Positions 32,836-42,069 of a DNA stretch of 64,000 nucleotides are shown here, piece by piece. A program made the position numbers and the translations under genes. The DNA is from Octopus sinensis (lineage: Eukaryota), in NCBI RefSeq assembly GCF_006345805.1, contig NC_043012.1:43834001-43898000 (forward strand), in the 5' to 3' direction. Numbering within the stretch: the first letter of the stretch is position 1; every line of letters starts with the position of its first letter. The notes under the pieces were generated by a model, which was given only the letters and a program-made list of their open reading frames with translations, was not told where the DNA came from and ran no database searches.

Positions 32836-32992
32836 AACACGTTTCTTTCAGTTTCCGTCTACCAAATCCACTCACAAGGCTTTCGTCGACCCGAGGTTAC
32901 AGTAGAAGACACTTGCCCAACGTTCCACGCAGTGGGACTGAACCCGGAAGCATGTGGTTGGTAAGCAAGCAACTTACCACACAGCCACTCCT
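32836..32992 (-). mobile_element. tRNA-derived SINE family B
   Basis: ggagtggctgtgtggtaag...gggttcagtcccactgcgtgg...gtggatttggtagacggaaactgaaagaa. Confidence 0.9.
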
Positions 32993-33035
32993 ATATACAT
33001 ACATACATACATACATACATACATACATACATACA

Positions 33036-33069
<34 letters not shown>

Positions 33070-33091
33070 CATATATATATATATAATATAT

Positions 33092-33124
<33 letters not shown>

Positions 33125-33175
33125 TTGTAAAAAATGAAGTTCGAAAATGCTGCTGTATTATACAATTTTTAATTT

Positions 33176-33240
33176 TTATATATACATTATAACATGTTTC
33201 AGTTCCTGAAATGAACCTTATCAAAAAAAGTTATATATAA
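33176..33240 (-). ncRNA. Minimal type I hammerhead ribozyme motif, U3-A8 variant
   Basis: ...ataacttttt-TTGATAA-ggttc/atttcag/gaact-GAAA-catg-TT-ataatgtatatataa. Extended stem I (about 13 of 15 pairs); palindromic ACATGT stem III. Confidence 0.7.
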
Positions 33241-33604
33241 AAAGAGACAGCTCATGCCGTCAAACACAAGAAATTCATTTATAATACACAACGGAGTCAG
33301 ACATCTTAGAGTTCATGTATAGTTGATATATAGTTCATGTATAGTTGATATATAGTTTGAAGTATATGTTCAAAGTGTTCGATGCAGTGGCCCACGGTGG
33401 CGATGCGTATTCAATACAAAAAACAGATCAAAGTGGTGGAAAGCGGTCAATACAGAAGATTGATGTTTCCGAAAGAGCGAGGAATTCATTTTTACCTTAA
33501 GCAATTGTGATGACCCATGGTGGAAGTTCGCTGGGTGGTTCTAGTGAGTTTTTGTGAAATGCTCGGTTTTATAATGCCTGTTAGGTGGTCAATCTAGCGT
33601 AGCG

Positions 33605-33938
33605 TGACGTCATCAATGTTTTGACCAATCGTTTCGTTAGGTGGCTTTAATCAAGTGGAACGGGACGTCATCATTATTTTGACCAATCGCTGCATTATAA
33701 CTCCCTCTTGTTTGTTTCCTGTCTTGACCAGTCGCTTCGTTAGTCAAGCTTAGCGGGACGTCATCCAGATTCTGCCCAATCACGACTTATAGCTACATTA
33801 GATATGCCCCCTGTCTGTACTTGTTAGGTGACTATTCAAGCAGAAAAGGACGTCATCAATATTCTGACTAATGACTGTCCCCTGTTTGTATCCTGTCCAT
33901 TCTAGCAGAGCTAGACGTCATCAACTTGTTGACCAATC
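33605..33938. promoter_or_regulatory. Array of five CRE-like plus CCAAT composite motifs in the PLE terminal region
   Basis: GACGTCATC at 33606, 33664, 33757, 33849 and 33914, each with CCAAT (one CTAAT) starting exactly 19 nt after the GACGTCA start. Confidence 0.55.
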
Positions 33939-34105
33939 AGAATCGGGTCTGACCCTTAGCTGTATCGTATGTATCAGGGTCAGATTTGCACGAAAGAATT
34001 TTTTTCCTTTTTTACTAAGGCATATTTCCGTCAGAGTGAGTGTCTGTTTGAAGTAGCGGCCGTGGTGAAATTTGGTTCTCCTTTTCGGAGGACTTATCTT
34101 TTGTT

Positions 34106-34636
34106 TTAGTATTCCTGGCCCAGGGTGTTTAAACTTGGTCTAAATTTTTTTATGAAATATAGTTCTTTATTTTGGCGTTGTGTGAAGGTTGCGTTGTCAC
34201 TGAATTTATAGAGCGGGTTAGTTGTAAATTTCGGATTTACATTTCCAGCACATCTATCTATGTGTCCGCTGACCGGTATTTTGCGGTAATCAGGGTTTCT
34301 AATTTGTGATTTATGCACCGCCATCCTGTTACGTAAGCTATTTTTTGTATGGCCTATATACTGCCTATTGCAGCCTGCGCATGTTATGACGTAAATTAAG
34401 TTTTCTGATGCGCAGGTGAAGTTTGTTCTAATGGTGAACTGGTGGCCTTGTTCCAGTATAAATTCTGATCCTTCTTTCAAGATGACACAGATTCCGCAGT
34501 TGGGCCTTCCACATTTTCTAACTGCTGGTTTTGTGGTTGATGTTGAGTGCAGTGTAGCTTGGGTTAAAATCCTTTTCAAGGATTTTGGTTGCCGTTTACT
34601 TTTAATGATGGTGTGTGTTTCGAGGATCCGGTTCAT
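34106..34636 (-). CDS. PLE ORF2 C-terminal part: linker and GIY-YIG endonuclease
   Basis: NLIYVITCAGCNRQYIGHT, RMAVH, SGHIDRC and QRQNKELYFI. Joined to the RT ORF by one frameshift at about 34870-34885. Confidence 0.9.
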   Translation of the reverse strand: MNRILETHTIIKSKRQPKSLKRILTQATLHSTSTTKPAVRKCGRPNCGICVILKEGSEFILEQGHQFTIRTNFTCASENLIYVITCAGCNRQYIGHTKNSLRNRMAVHKSQIRNPDYRKIPVSGHIDRCAGNVNPKFTTNPLYKFSDNATFTQRQNKELYFIKKFRPSLNTLGQEY

Positions 34637-34850
34637 CTTTGGGTCTCCCTTTAGTAGGGCTGTGCTTTGTAGTATGGTGTTGAAGGCCTCATTGTTGAGT
34701 GGGTTGTGTGTAGAGATGTAGGGAAGGGTTTTTAATTGTTCTTTCTTTTTTGGTTTTGTTTGTCTCAGGTCTTCTATACTTAATTTAAGTACCCGTTGGA
34801 TTGCACTGTCTATTAGGGGCTGTGGATAGTTTCTATTTGTGAGTGTGGTT

Positions 34851-36401
34851 CTAAGTTCCTGGAGACGTGTGTGTCGGGTGTTTGTCTGATATTATGGTGC
34901 AAATCCTTCTAGCTAAACAAAAAGGGACATTCATTCTAGTGTGTCGTGGGTGGCATGAGTCAAAGGGTAGGTACTGTTTAGAGTCCGTCGGTTTATAGTA
35001 GATATCTGTCTCTATTTTGTTGCCGGTTTTCTTAATGAGGATGTCTAAAAATGGTAATTCTTTTTCGTTGTGGTCCATCGTGAATTGTATATTGTCATTT
35101 ATTCCATTTAATAGAATTTTAAATTCCTCAAGTTTCTCTATGCCTTTGTCCCAGATGATGAAACAGTCATCGAGGTATCTTTTCCAGTTGTTATGGATAT
35201 AGGTGGCGAAGGTGTTTCCATATTTCTCGAGTGTCATCCGGTATAGTATTTTCTCGAGGTATCCCATCACTAGGTTGGCAAAAGATGGTGCAGTACGCGT
35301 GCCCATCGCTGTTCCCGATCTTTGCCTGTAGAAATCATTGTCAAAAATAAAATAATTGTTCTCTAAAATGAATCTAAGTCCTTCTATTATAAGGTCTTTG
35401 TTTATGCGAGTTGGGAGTTCAAAGGGGTAGTTATTCAGCCAGAAGGTGATTGCTTCTATTCCTAGGTTGTGAGGGATGTTAGAATAAAGATTAACTACGT
35501 CGAATGATACTAGAAGGGTTTTCTCATTGACTGTTTTAGGGAGGTGGTTGAGCATATCTATATCGTCTCTTACGTAGCTTTTGATGTGTTTTAGGAAAGG
35601 TTTAAGAAGTGTGTCTAAGAAATTGCTGAGGCGGTGAGTTTCACATGCTGGCCCTGCTATTATCGGTCTTAGTTTAAGATCATTTGGTGAAGGGATTTTG
35701 ATGAGTGTGTCGGTGGATGTTTTGCACGTTTCTCTAATGGTTTGGCTTTTGTGTACCTTAGGGATACCATAGAACAAACTCGATTTGCATTTGAAGTTAG
35801 TGATGTATTCATACTCCTTGTTCGTGAGTCCTTCTTGGTATGTGTTGATTAATGTCCTAAGGTTATGCATTATCTTTTGCTGATTATACTGTTGGGCCCT
35901 TTCATAATACGTTTCATCTCTTAATAGGGATAGCACTAAATTTTTATAATTGTTTGTATTCATTATTACTATCGCGTTGCCCTTATCTGCCTCCTTAATT
36001 GTTATTGTTTTGTCTTCTCTTAGTTTGATGAGGTCGTTCCATTCTCTTTTGTTGAAGTTAGGGCTGTGTTTTTGTTTCTTGATGAATTGAAACGGGAAAT
36101 TAGTTATGTAGTCACAATAGCGGTCTAAGGCTTTATTCTTACCTTTGGTGGGGGTGTAATTGCTCTTGTTTCTAGCTATTGAGTCCTCCTCTATTGGTTT
36201 GTCTTGAAATGCCTCGGTGAGTCTTAGTTTTCTGCAAAATTCCGAAATATCATCTTTCATTTCATAATAATTAGAACGTTGTGGGGTGGGTGTAAATTTA
36301 AGTCCTTTGGAGAGTATGCTTATTTCGTTAGGTGTAAGTTCTTTGTTTGAGAGATTGATTATCTTAATTACCTGAGGTTTCTTTTGTTTGTCCTTTGCCA
36401 T
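34851..36401 (-). CDS. PLE ORF2 reverse transcriptase
   Basis: KEADKGNAIV, FYGIPKVHK, LRPII, SFDVVNLYSNIP, GTAMGT, WKRYLDDCF and LPFLDI. Confidence 0.95.
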   Translation of the reverse strand: MAKDKQKKPQVIKIINLSNKELTPNEISILSKGLKFTPTPQRSNYYEMKDDISEFCRKLRLTEAFQDKPIEEDSIARNKSNYTPTKGKNKALDRYCDYITNFPFQFIKKQKHSPNFNKREWNDLIKLREDKTITIKEADKGNAIVIMNTNNYKNLVLSLLRDETYYERAQQYNQQKIMHNLRTLINTYQEGLTNKEYEYITNFKCKSSLFYGIPKVHKSQTIRETCKTSTDTLIKIPSPNDLKLRPIIAGPACETHRLSNFLDTLLKPFLKHIKSYVRDDIDMLNHLPKTVNEKTLLVSFDVVNLYSNIPHNLGIEAITFWLNNYPFELPTRINKDLIIEGLRFILENNYFIFDNDFYRQRSGTAMGTRTAPSFANLVMGYLEKILYRMTLEKYGNTFATYIHNNWKRYLDDCFIIWDKGIEKLEEFKILLNGINDNIQFTMDHNEKELPFLDILIKKTGNKIETDIYYKPTDSKQYLPFDSCHPRHTRMNVPFCLARRICTIISDKHPTHTSPGT

Positions 36402-37765
36402 CGTGTGTCCCTGTTCCTGTGTGTGGGGTCTAAAAAATGGTTGGTGTAGTTATGTTCAAAGCTATTATTTATCTGTCTCATGTTATAATTGTCAGAGTGA
36501 GTTTGTGGTGCTCTGTTCTGGAGTCTGTTGTTGAACCTAGTGTTACGTCTTAGTTCCTCAGGTGTATTGTGTTGGTAGTTGTTTCCTCCGTAGTGCATTT
36601 GTTGTTTGTTATGGTTGTATGGTTGGTTCCTGGGGTGGATGTTTGGTAGTAGCGTTTTGGTTTGGTTATGTGGGTTGTATTTTATAGTATTGTATGTTGT
36701 GGCTCTTAGGTTCGTGGAATGGTGTGGTGGGACCCTATAAGTGTTTTGGGGTTGGTGTAAGTAGTGTGGGGTGCGTTTTAAATGCATTTTTCTGGTGTAG
36801 AGTGTGTTTGGATTTCTTGGTGGTTGTTCTGCTCTGTTGGTATGTCTATTTTCGAACTGGTGTGGTGGGCCTCTGTAGGTGTTTTGGGGTTGGTGTAGGT
36901 AGTGTGGGGTGTGTTTTAGGTGTACTTTTCTGGTGTAGATTGTGGTAGGATTTCTTGGTGGTTGTTCCGTTCTATTGGTATTTGGTTTTGATTTGCTTAA
37001 TTTTATGAAGGGGTTGTTGGATATGTGTTCATTTTTGAAGTTGGTTTCATAATCTAGAAACCAGATGGCGCTCTTTTCCCATCGTTGGAGGGACTTAAGT
37101 TCCTCTTTTTCACATTCTTCATTCCATAGTGCTGTTAATGTTTCAGTATTGTTGTCGTCTATTAGTTTGATGACTTCTTCGTTGATTTCCTCGTCTATGG
37201 TTTTTACTTTTTCTTCATTCGTTTTAGCTCTCAGCTTAAGTAGTTCTATTTCCATCTTCATTTTTTCTAATGACATTTTTTCTCTAAGTTTTCTTTGTTC
37301 TTCTGGTTCTTCCGAGATGGGTTTGATTTGTAATTTACGGGGTATGACTAGGGGTGTTGAGTCTAGCCATTTTTGGTAAATCTCTGCTTTATTCTGATTT
37401 TGTATCATTTTCCAAAAAGCGAATTTTCTGTTTCGCTGTAGTGTTCTCCATTGGGGGAGGACTTGGTTCTTTATTTGTAATGTTGAAGTTGCTCGGTTCT
37501 TCTCATGTGTTCCTTCTTTTTGTTGCTCTTGTTTCGTAAAGTTTGTGAAGAATGTCGACATTGTATCGCATAGATTTTCAACTTTCTCGAATATTTCGGA
37601 AGGTGTTTTATTCGATTCGGTTTCCTCGTTAGTTTGTGTAGAAGGTCGAGGTGTTAAGTTGAGTTTGTTTAACACTACTGTTAGGTTTGAATTTATGCTT
37701 TTCAATTCTTTCAGTATCTCTTCATTTATTGAGGAGATGTCGTTGGTGTCTTTTTTAGCAGGCAT
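36368..37765 (-). CDS. PLE ORF1, uncharacterised coiled-coil-like protein with Q/N/H/P-rich tail
   Basis: Intact 465-aa ORF. E/K-rich helical segments (e.g. EEQRKLREKMSLEKMKMEIELLKL); 46-aa tandem repeat; overlaps ORF2 by 34 nt. Confidence 0.8.
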   Translation of the reverse strand: MPAKKDTNDISSINEEILKELKSINSNLTVVLNKLNLTPRPSTQTNEETESNKTPSEIFEKVENLCDTMSTFFTNFTKQEQQKEGTHEKNRATSTLQIKNQVLPQWRTLQRNRKFAFWKMIQNQNKAEIYQKWLDSTPLVIPRKLQIKPISEEPEEQRKLREKMSLEKMKMEIELLKLRAKTNEEKVKTIDEEINEEVIKLIDDNNTETLTALWNEECEKEELKSLQRWEKSAIWFLDYETNFKNEHISNNPFIKLSKSKPNTNRTEQPPRNPTTIYTRKVHLKHTPHYLHQPQNTYRGPPHQFENRHTNRAEQPPRNPNTLYTRKMHLKRTPHYLHQPQNTYRVPPHHSTNLRATTYNTIKYNPHNQTKTLLPNIHPRNQPYNHNKQQMHYGGNNYQHNTPEELRRNTRFNNRLQNRAPQTHSDNYNMRQINNSFEHNYTNHFLDPTHRNRDTRWQRTNKRNLR

Positions 37766-38450
37766 TTTCGGGAGCTCGTACGTGATATGATATTTATAAT
37801 AGGATTAGCTCGTATACGAGTAGGTATATATTTGTAAAAAATGAAGTTCGAAAATGCTGCTGTATTATACAATTTTTAATTTTTATATATACATTATAAT
37901 AATATATAATAATATATAATATATAATAATATATAATAATAATAATATAATAATATATATATATAATATATAATAATATATAATATATAATAATATATAA
38001 TATATATATATATATGTATGTATGTATGTATGTACTCGTACTACAGTGGTTATGTTATTACGTATATACTACTATATATCTTTTTTCGCACAACTTGCTT
38101 TATCATGCTTTTTTAAAGTTTGTCAAAATAGTTTCTCTTTCATCATTGATTTGCTGCGAAAGTAATTAATAGGCAATTTTCGGCGAGTTGAGCAATTGCT
38201 AACCAAATATTTGTGGTTGCTACTTGGGGGGAATATAAGTGCTATCTGGTGAAGAATTGTCTTAGTTAGCAGACACAATATGCTTAGTGTTGATGTAGAT
38301 TGCTTTGGATACAAGGGCAGTCTAGTTGTAATAACACTGCATTGCCTTTATTCATATCTCTATAAAACCAAGAGGTGAGAAAACGTACCGAGAAATGGAA
38401 ACAAAAGTAAAAAAGGAAAAACTCAGAATAACAATAATGGTTTCAAAGTT

Positions 38451-38687
<237 letters not shown>

Positions 38688-39406
38688 TGCCAGCAACAAA
38701 ATGAAACCATTGACCATGTGGTCTCCAAGTGCAGTCTTCTAGCGCCTACAGAGTATCTCAACAGACACGATAGAGCTGCACAATATATTCACTGGGTAAT
38801 CTGCAAAAACCTGGATTTGCCCCATGAAAAAGACTGGTGGGAACACAAACCACCCCCAGTGCTTGAAAATGACCACATCTCACTCCTCTGGAACTTCACC
38901 ATTCAAACTGACAGAAAGATAGATGCAAATAGGCCAGACATCATATTGAAAGACTTCAAACAAAGAACATGCCTCCTCATTGATATGACTGTCCCAATCG
39001 ATATAAACGTATCTGTCAAGACCTACCAAAAACTGAGCAAATATAAAGATCTTGAAATAGAAATCAGCAAAATGTGGAACCTGAAGACTAAAACGATACC
39101 TGTTGTCATAGGTGCCCTGGGAATGATAGCAAAAGGGGCTGATAGCTACCTAACTCAGATACCAGGAAACCCAAAAATGGCAGAAATCCAAAAGATAGTG
39201 CTCATGGGAACTGCTCATATCCTACGCAAAATACTTTCTATGTAATCTCAAGGTTTAAAACAAAAAAAAACACCAAAAACTCCTCCCCCAAATGTATGGC
39301 ACACTAGGCATAACAACAACATGAACTTCCAACCTGTTGTCTCTTGAGGTCTCTGGGTGAGACTTGGAGCCAACTTGTACAAATATAAAGCAAAAGTCAG
39401 ACATAG
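38688..39406 (+). mobile_element. 5'-truncated Dong-like (R4 clade) retrotransposon in (TAA)n
   Basis: Uninterrupted frame CQQQNETIDHVVSKC...RHD...RPDIILKDFKQRTCLLIDMTVP...KLSKY...VIGALG (ORF 38718-39245), then a 3' UTR. (TAA)n on both sides is the established Dong target. Confidence 0.92.
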
Positions 39407-39415
39407 AATAATAAA

Positions 39416-39481
<66 letters not shown>
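39407..39481 (+). repeat. (TAA)n microsatellite
   Basis: Direct reading. Confidence 0.97.
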
Positions 39482-39482
<1 letters not shown>

Positions 39483-40038
39483 GCCCTGATGCAGCACCAG
39501 GCAATGGCTCTCATGGCTTCTGATCTTAACTGATTGGAAGTGTTATCACGTACATTGTTTTGTCTTGGTATAAAAGATGGACTACAGCAAATATTCTGCT
39601 CAATACCACAGATTTGCTTGTCAGTTGTTTGACCTTAACCAGTTGAGCATATCCCTTAGTGGCTGACGATATGTGCATCTCTGATCACAAGCAGAAGTAG
39701 TGGGGGAGCATCATAGCCATGTGTTGAGAGGGATTCTTTGGGGGGTTTGAATAATTCACCTCTGGAAACATGGGTGGTTCGTTCATAATCCTTAAACAAC
39801 CCTTATTCAGGGACCTTTTGAGCGGGATGGGTTACTCGACCAGAAGAAAATTCTAACCGGGCCCTACCTGCAAGGTCATGCGCTGTTTATCTTGATATGA
39901 GATCACCATGTCGCGCACATATGGTTGTGATGCATGTGCCTGGTGTACCCTTATCAGATGGGTAGTCATGATGGGTATACTGGGCTTCGTATATTTTACT
40001 CAGGTGTCAGTTTGATAGCATGCATTGCTCTCTCACTC
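39482..40038. mobile_element. About 560-bp non-coding module bounded by (TAA)n
   Basis: Higher GC than the flanks, no ORF, no tRNA head, (TAA)n at both ends. Confidence 0.55.
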
Positions 40039-40077
40039 AATAATAATAATAATGATAATATACAAAGTTGTCCCTGA

Positions 40078-40167
40078 CGGGATTTGAACTCAGAACGTAA
40101 AGAGCCCGAATAAATATAGGCAAGAATTTTTTCGGACATTCTTACGATTCTGCTAGCTCGTCGCCTT
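40078..40167 (-). mobile_element. SINE family A, 5' part, diverged
   Basis: ggcgacgagctagcagaatcgtaag...gttctgagttcaaatccc. Confidence 0.7.
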
Positions 40168-40313
40168 CCGTTGATGTACTTAACATGAAATTACAGCTCA
40201 GCAAAAAAGTGGAGAAATAAACTTGATTTCGCGAAAAAAGTGAAAAGTACCTGCAATGTATGCAATAAATACGTATAAAATATTCTCTCTATATAAGTAT
40301 GTATGTATGTATA

Positions 40314-40387
<74 letters not shown>

Positions 40388-41225
40388 CTCTGTGTGTATT
40401 TCTATTTGCATAAGTGTGTAAATGTGTGTGTGAGCATGTGTGAGCGTGTATGGTGTGTCTGTGCGTATTTCTGTAAGTGTATGCATACGTATATGTATAC
40501 ATGGTTGTAGTGTTAACTTTTATGATGCGTATTACCAGGTTTTTGTAGTAGAAAACTAATTGCTAAGTAGATTATTTCCTCTCTCATCAAAACAACTGAC
40601 TTCCAGCGGCCAGTCGTTTAAAATGGCATCTTCTATTTACTCTCTAATTTGCGATTGATTTCATCAGAACTTCAAATATTCAAAAGCTTTTGATATTATA
40701 TTGAATCAGCAATGACAAGTCATTTGTCATCATTTATTCAAACTTGATTTTATCCAATAAACTTCTCATTCGAGAAAATAATGCGATCGAAGGGGATTTT
40801 TGTACGTTTATGAAACACAGATCGATATCAATATTTGAACTATTTGTCTGTTAAATGTGTTTGCTTAGATAGAATATTGTGATTTAGTAAGATACTCTGT
40901 CGAACGAGTTTTTTACTCAGGTGACTAAAGAATTTCAACTAAGAACAAAATTTCAGAATGCATCTTTTACAAGCTTTTGTTCCATTCATCAAATCCTAGA
41001 AATAAAAATTCATGCAATGATTCAGATTTATGAATGACAAAGCAAGAACCACGTGACGTTAATCTGAGAAATTAAACTGAGAGTCTAAGCACATAATTTC
41101 AATTTTCCAGAAGGCTGTTTATGCTGTGTAGCGCCCACCAAGCTCTTGAAATAATTTTCCTTTAGCTATGTGAAAGATAAACCGTTGAAGCAGTGTGGAA
41201 TCGATTTTAATATAGTATAGCAAAA

Positions 41226-41618
41226 GGCGGCGAGCTGGCAGAAACGTTAGCACGCCGGGCGAAATGCTTAGCAGTATTTCGTCTGCCGCTACGTTCTGAG
41301 TTCAAATTCCGCCGGGGTTGACTTTGCCTTTCATCCTTTCGGGGGCGATAAATTAAGTACCAGTTACGCACTGGGGTCGATATAATCGACTTAATCCGTT
41401 TGTCTGTCCTTGTTTGTCCCCTCTGTGTTTAGCCCCTTGTGGGTAGTAAAGAAAGAGGTATTTCGTCTGTCTTTATGTTCTGAGTTCAACTTCCGCCGAG
41501 GTCGAGTTTGCCTTTCATCCTTTAGGTAAATTAAGCACCAGTTGCGTACTGAGGTCGATCTAATCGACTGGCCCCCTCCCCCAAAATTTCGGGCCTTGTT
41601 CCTAGAGTAGAAAAGAAT
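41226..41618 (+). mobile_element. SINE family A, dimeric
   Basis: A-box-like tggcagaaacgttag and B-box gagttcaaattcc. A second B-box-containing unit at about 41460-41560; tail cctagagtagaaaaga. Confidence 0.92.
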
Positions 41619-41977
41619 ATATTATTGCAAATTACTTTGTTGTAACCTAGAAAGCTGAATGATAATATCTATGTCGGGTAGATATTTGAATTTATAAATA
41701 TTTATAAAGACGTCATACAAAACAATTGCGCACAAGACTCATTTAGTTTTTTTTTAAATATCTCAACACAACTCGGCCAGCGTAATCTCAACAAAAGTTA
41801 CTTTATCTCTATTAGAAGGTGAAAGTTTAGAAAAATATAATCATTTTAAATCAGTGATTTATCAGTTTATATGAGATTCATAGAATAGAAATAAACTTCT
41901 GCTCAGTCGAATTTGCCCATGAATTGTGAATCTTCCACTAAATCTAAATTCTTGTTATACTGGTACAAAACATTTAT

Positions 41978-41999
41978 ATTATTATTATTATTATTATTG

Positions 42000-42062
<63 letters not shown>
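41978..42062. repeat. (TAT)n microsatellite
   Basis: Direct reading. Confidence 0.95.

Positions 42063-42069
<7 letters not shown>

Larger units (their letters stand above)
33121..37899 (-). mobile_element. Nearly intact two-ORF Neptune-type Penelope-like retroelement with partial direct terminal repeats
   Basis: ORF1 465 aa; RT ORF 516 aa; GIY-YIG with CGRPNCGIC linker; 72-bp direct repeat at 33121-33192 and 37828-37899; hammerhead motif; AT-microsatellite flanks. Confidence 0.95.
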
